From a virus (Duplodnaviria; Caudoviricetes), in the IMG/VR virus record IMGVR_UViG_3300046170_000034, positions 1 through 56,258 of that record: a DNA stretch of 56,258 nucleotides. One strand, written 5' to 3'. Made by a program: the position numbers and the translations under genes. The notes beneath the pieces are model-generated. The model worked only from the letters and a program-made list of their open reading frames with translations, was not told the origin of the DNA and did no database searches. Each line of letters starts with the position of its first letter. Position 1 is the stretch's first letter. This document shows, piece by piece, positions 56,081 through 56,258 of this stretch.

Positions 56081-56258
56081 GAGATAAAAAGAGATTATCT
56101 CAAATAAAATGCAATTAAATATTCCCAGTTCTGTTAATTAGACGCATTCTAAACTGGCGCGTTGGGGTTACTGGGCGTGATCGCGTATCAGGTTTGCGCT
56201 TGTTCGAGGGGGCACCCCCTTATTTCGGGGGACGGGGTTGACAGAATGGCATGGCATG

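Noticed and set aside
1-56258. tRNA, rRNA, integrase, RNA polymerase or alternative genetic code
   Set aside because: None recognised by eye. Long genes are open in the standard code with all three stops used. tRNAscan-SE and HMM searches would be needed to exclude them formally.

Overview
The window looks like an essentially complete, probably circularly permuted ~56 kb dsDNA tailed-phage genome. Its organisation is podovirus-like (P22-type portal, nozzle and ejection proteins, no tape measure), and a marine proteobacterial host is an inference only. The + strand (1-38.1 kb) carries TerL, portal, holin-like genes, a GroES co-chaperonin, scaffold, capsid proteins, adaptors, a long modular tail-fibre region, nozzle, internal/ejection proteins and a GH24 endolysin. 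The - strand (38.2-52.2 kb) carries family-A DNA polymerase (Leu762 type), SF1 and SF2 helicases, AEP primase, SSB, a C5 DNA methyltransferase and many small early genes. TerS and a resolvase (+) are followed by a - strand early-gene island before the join back to TerL. About eight genes are broken by single-base indels, most likely read/assembly errors. Most notable observations: (1) five paralogous small tail-tip genes all ending in the same 15-nt junction (GDLA*) that doubles as RBS/start of the next gene, within a duplicated hub-plus-tip fibre architecture; (2) dispersed 7-bp-periodic arrays, including inside genes, that culminate in CTGCGTC clusters near terS; (3) an R-S-ExE ADP-ribosyltransferase-like domain in a gene between TerL and portal; (4) a basic-x-x-GG motif shared by many small or internal proteins; (5) a structured, SD-sequestering 5' leader behind a terminator/promoter overlap after the capsid gene; (6) a shared operator-like motif in early promoter spacers. 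No tRNA, CRISPR array, integrase or RNA polymerase was recognised.
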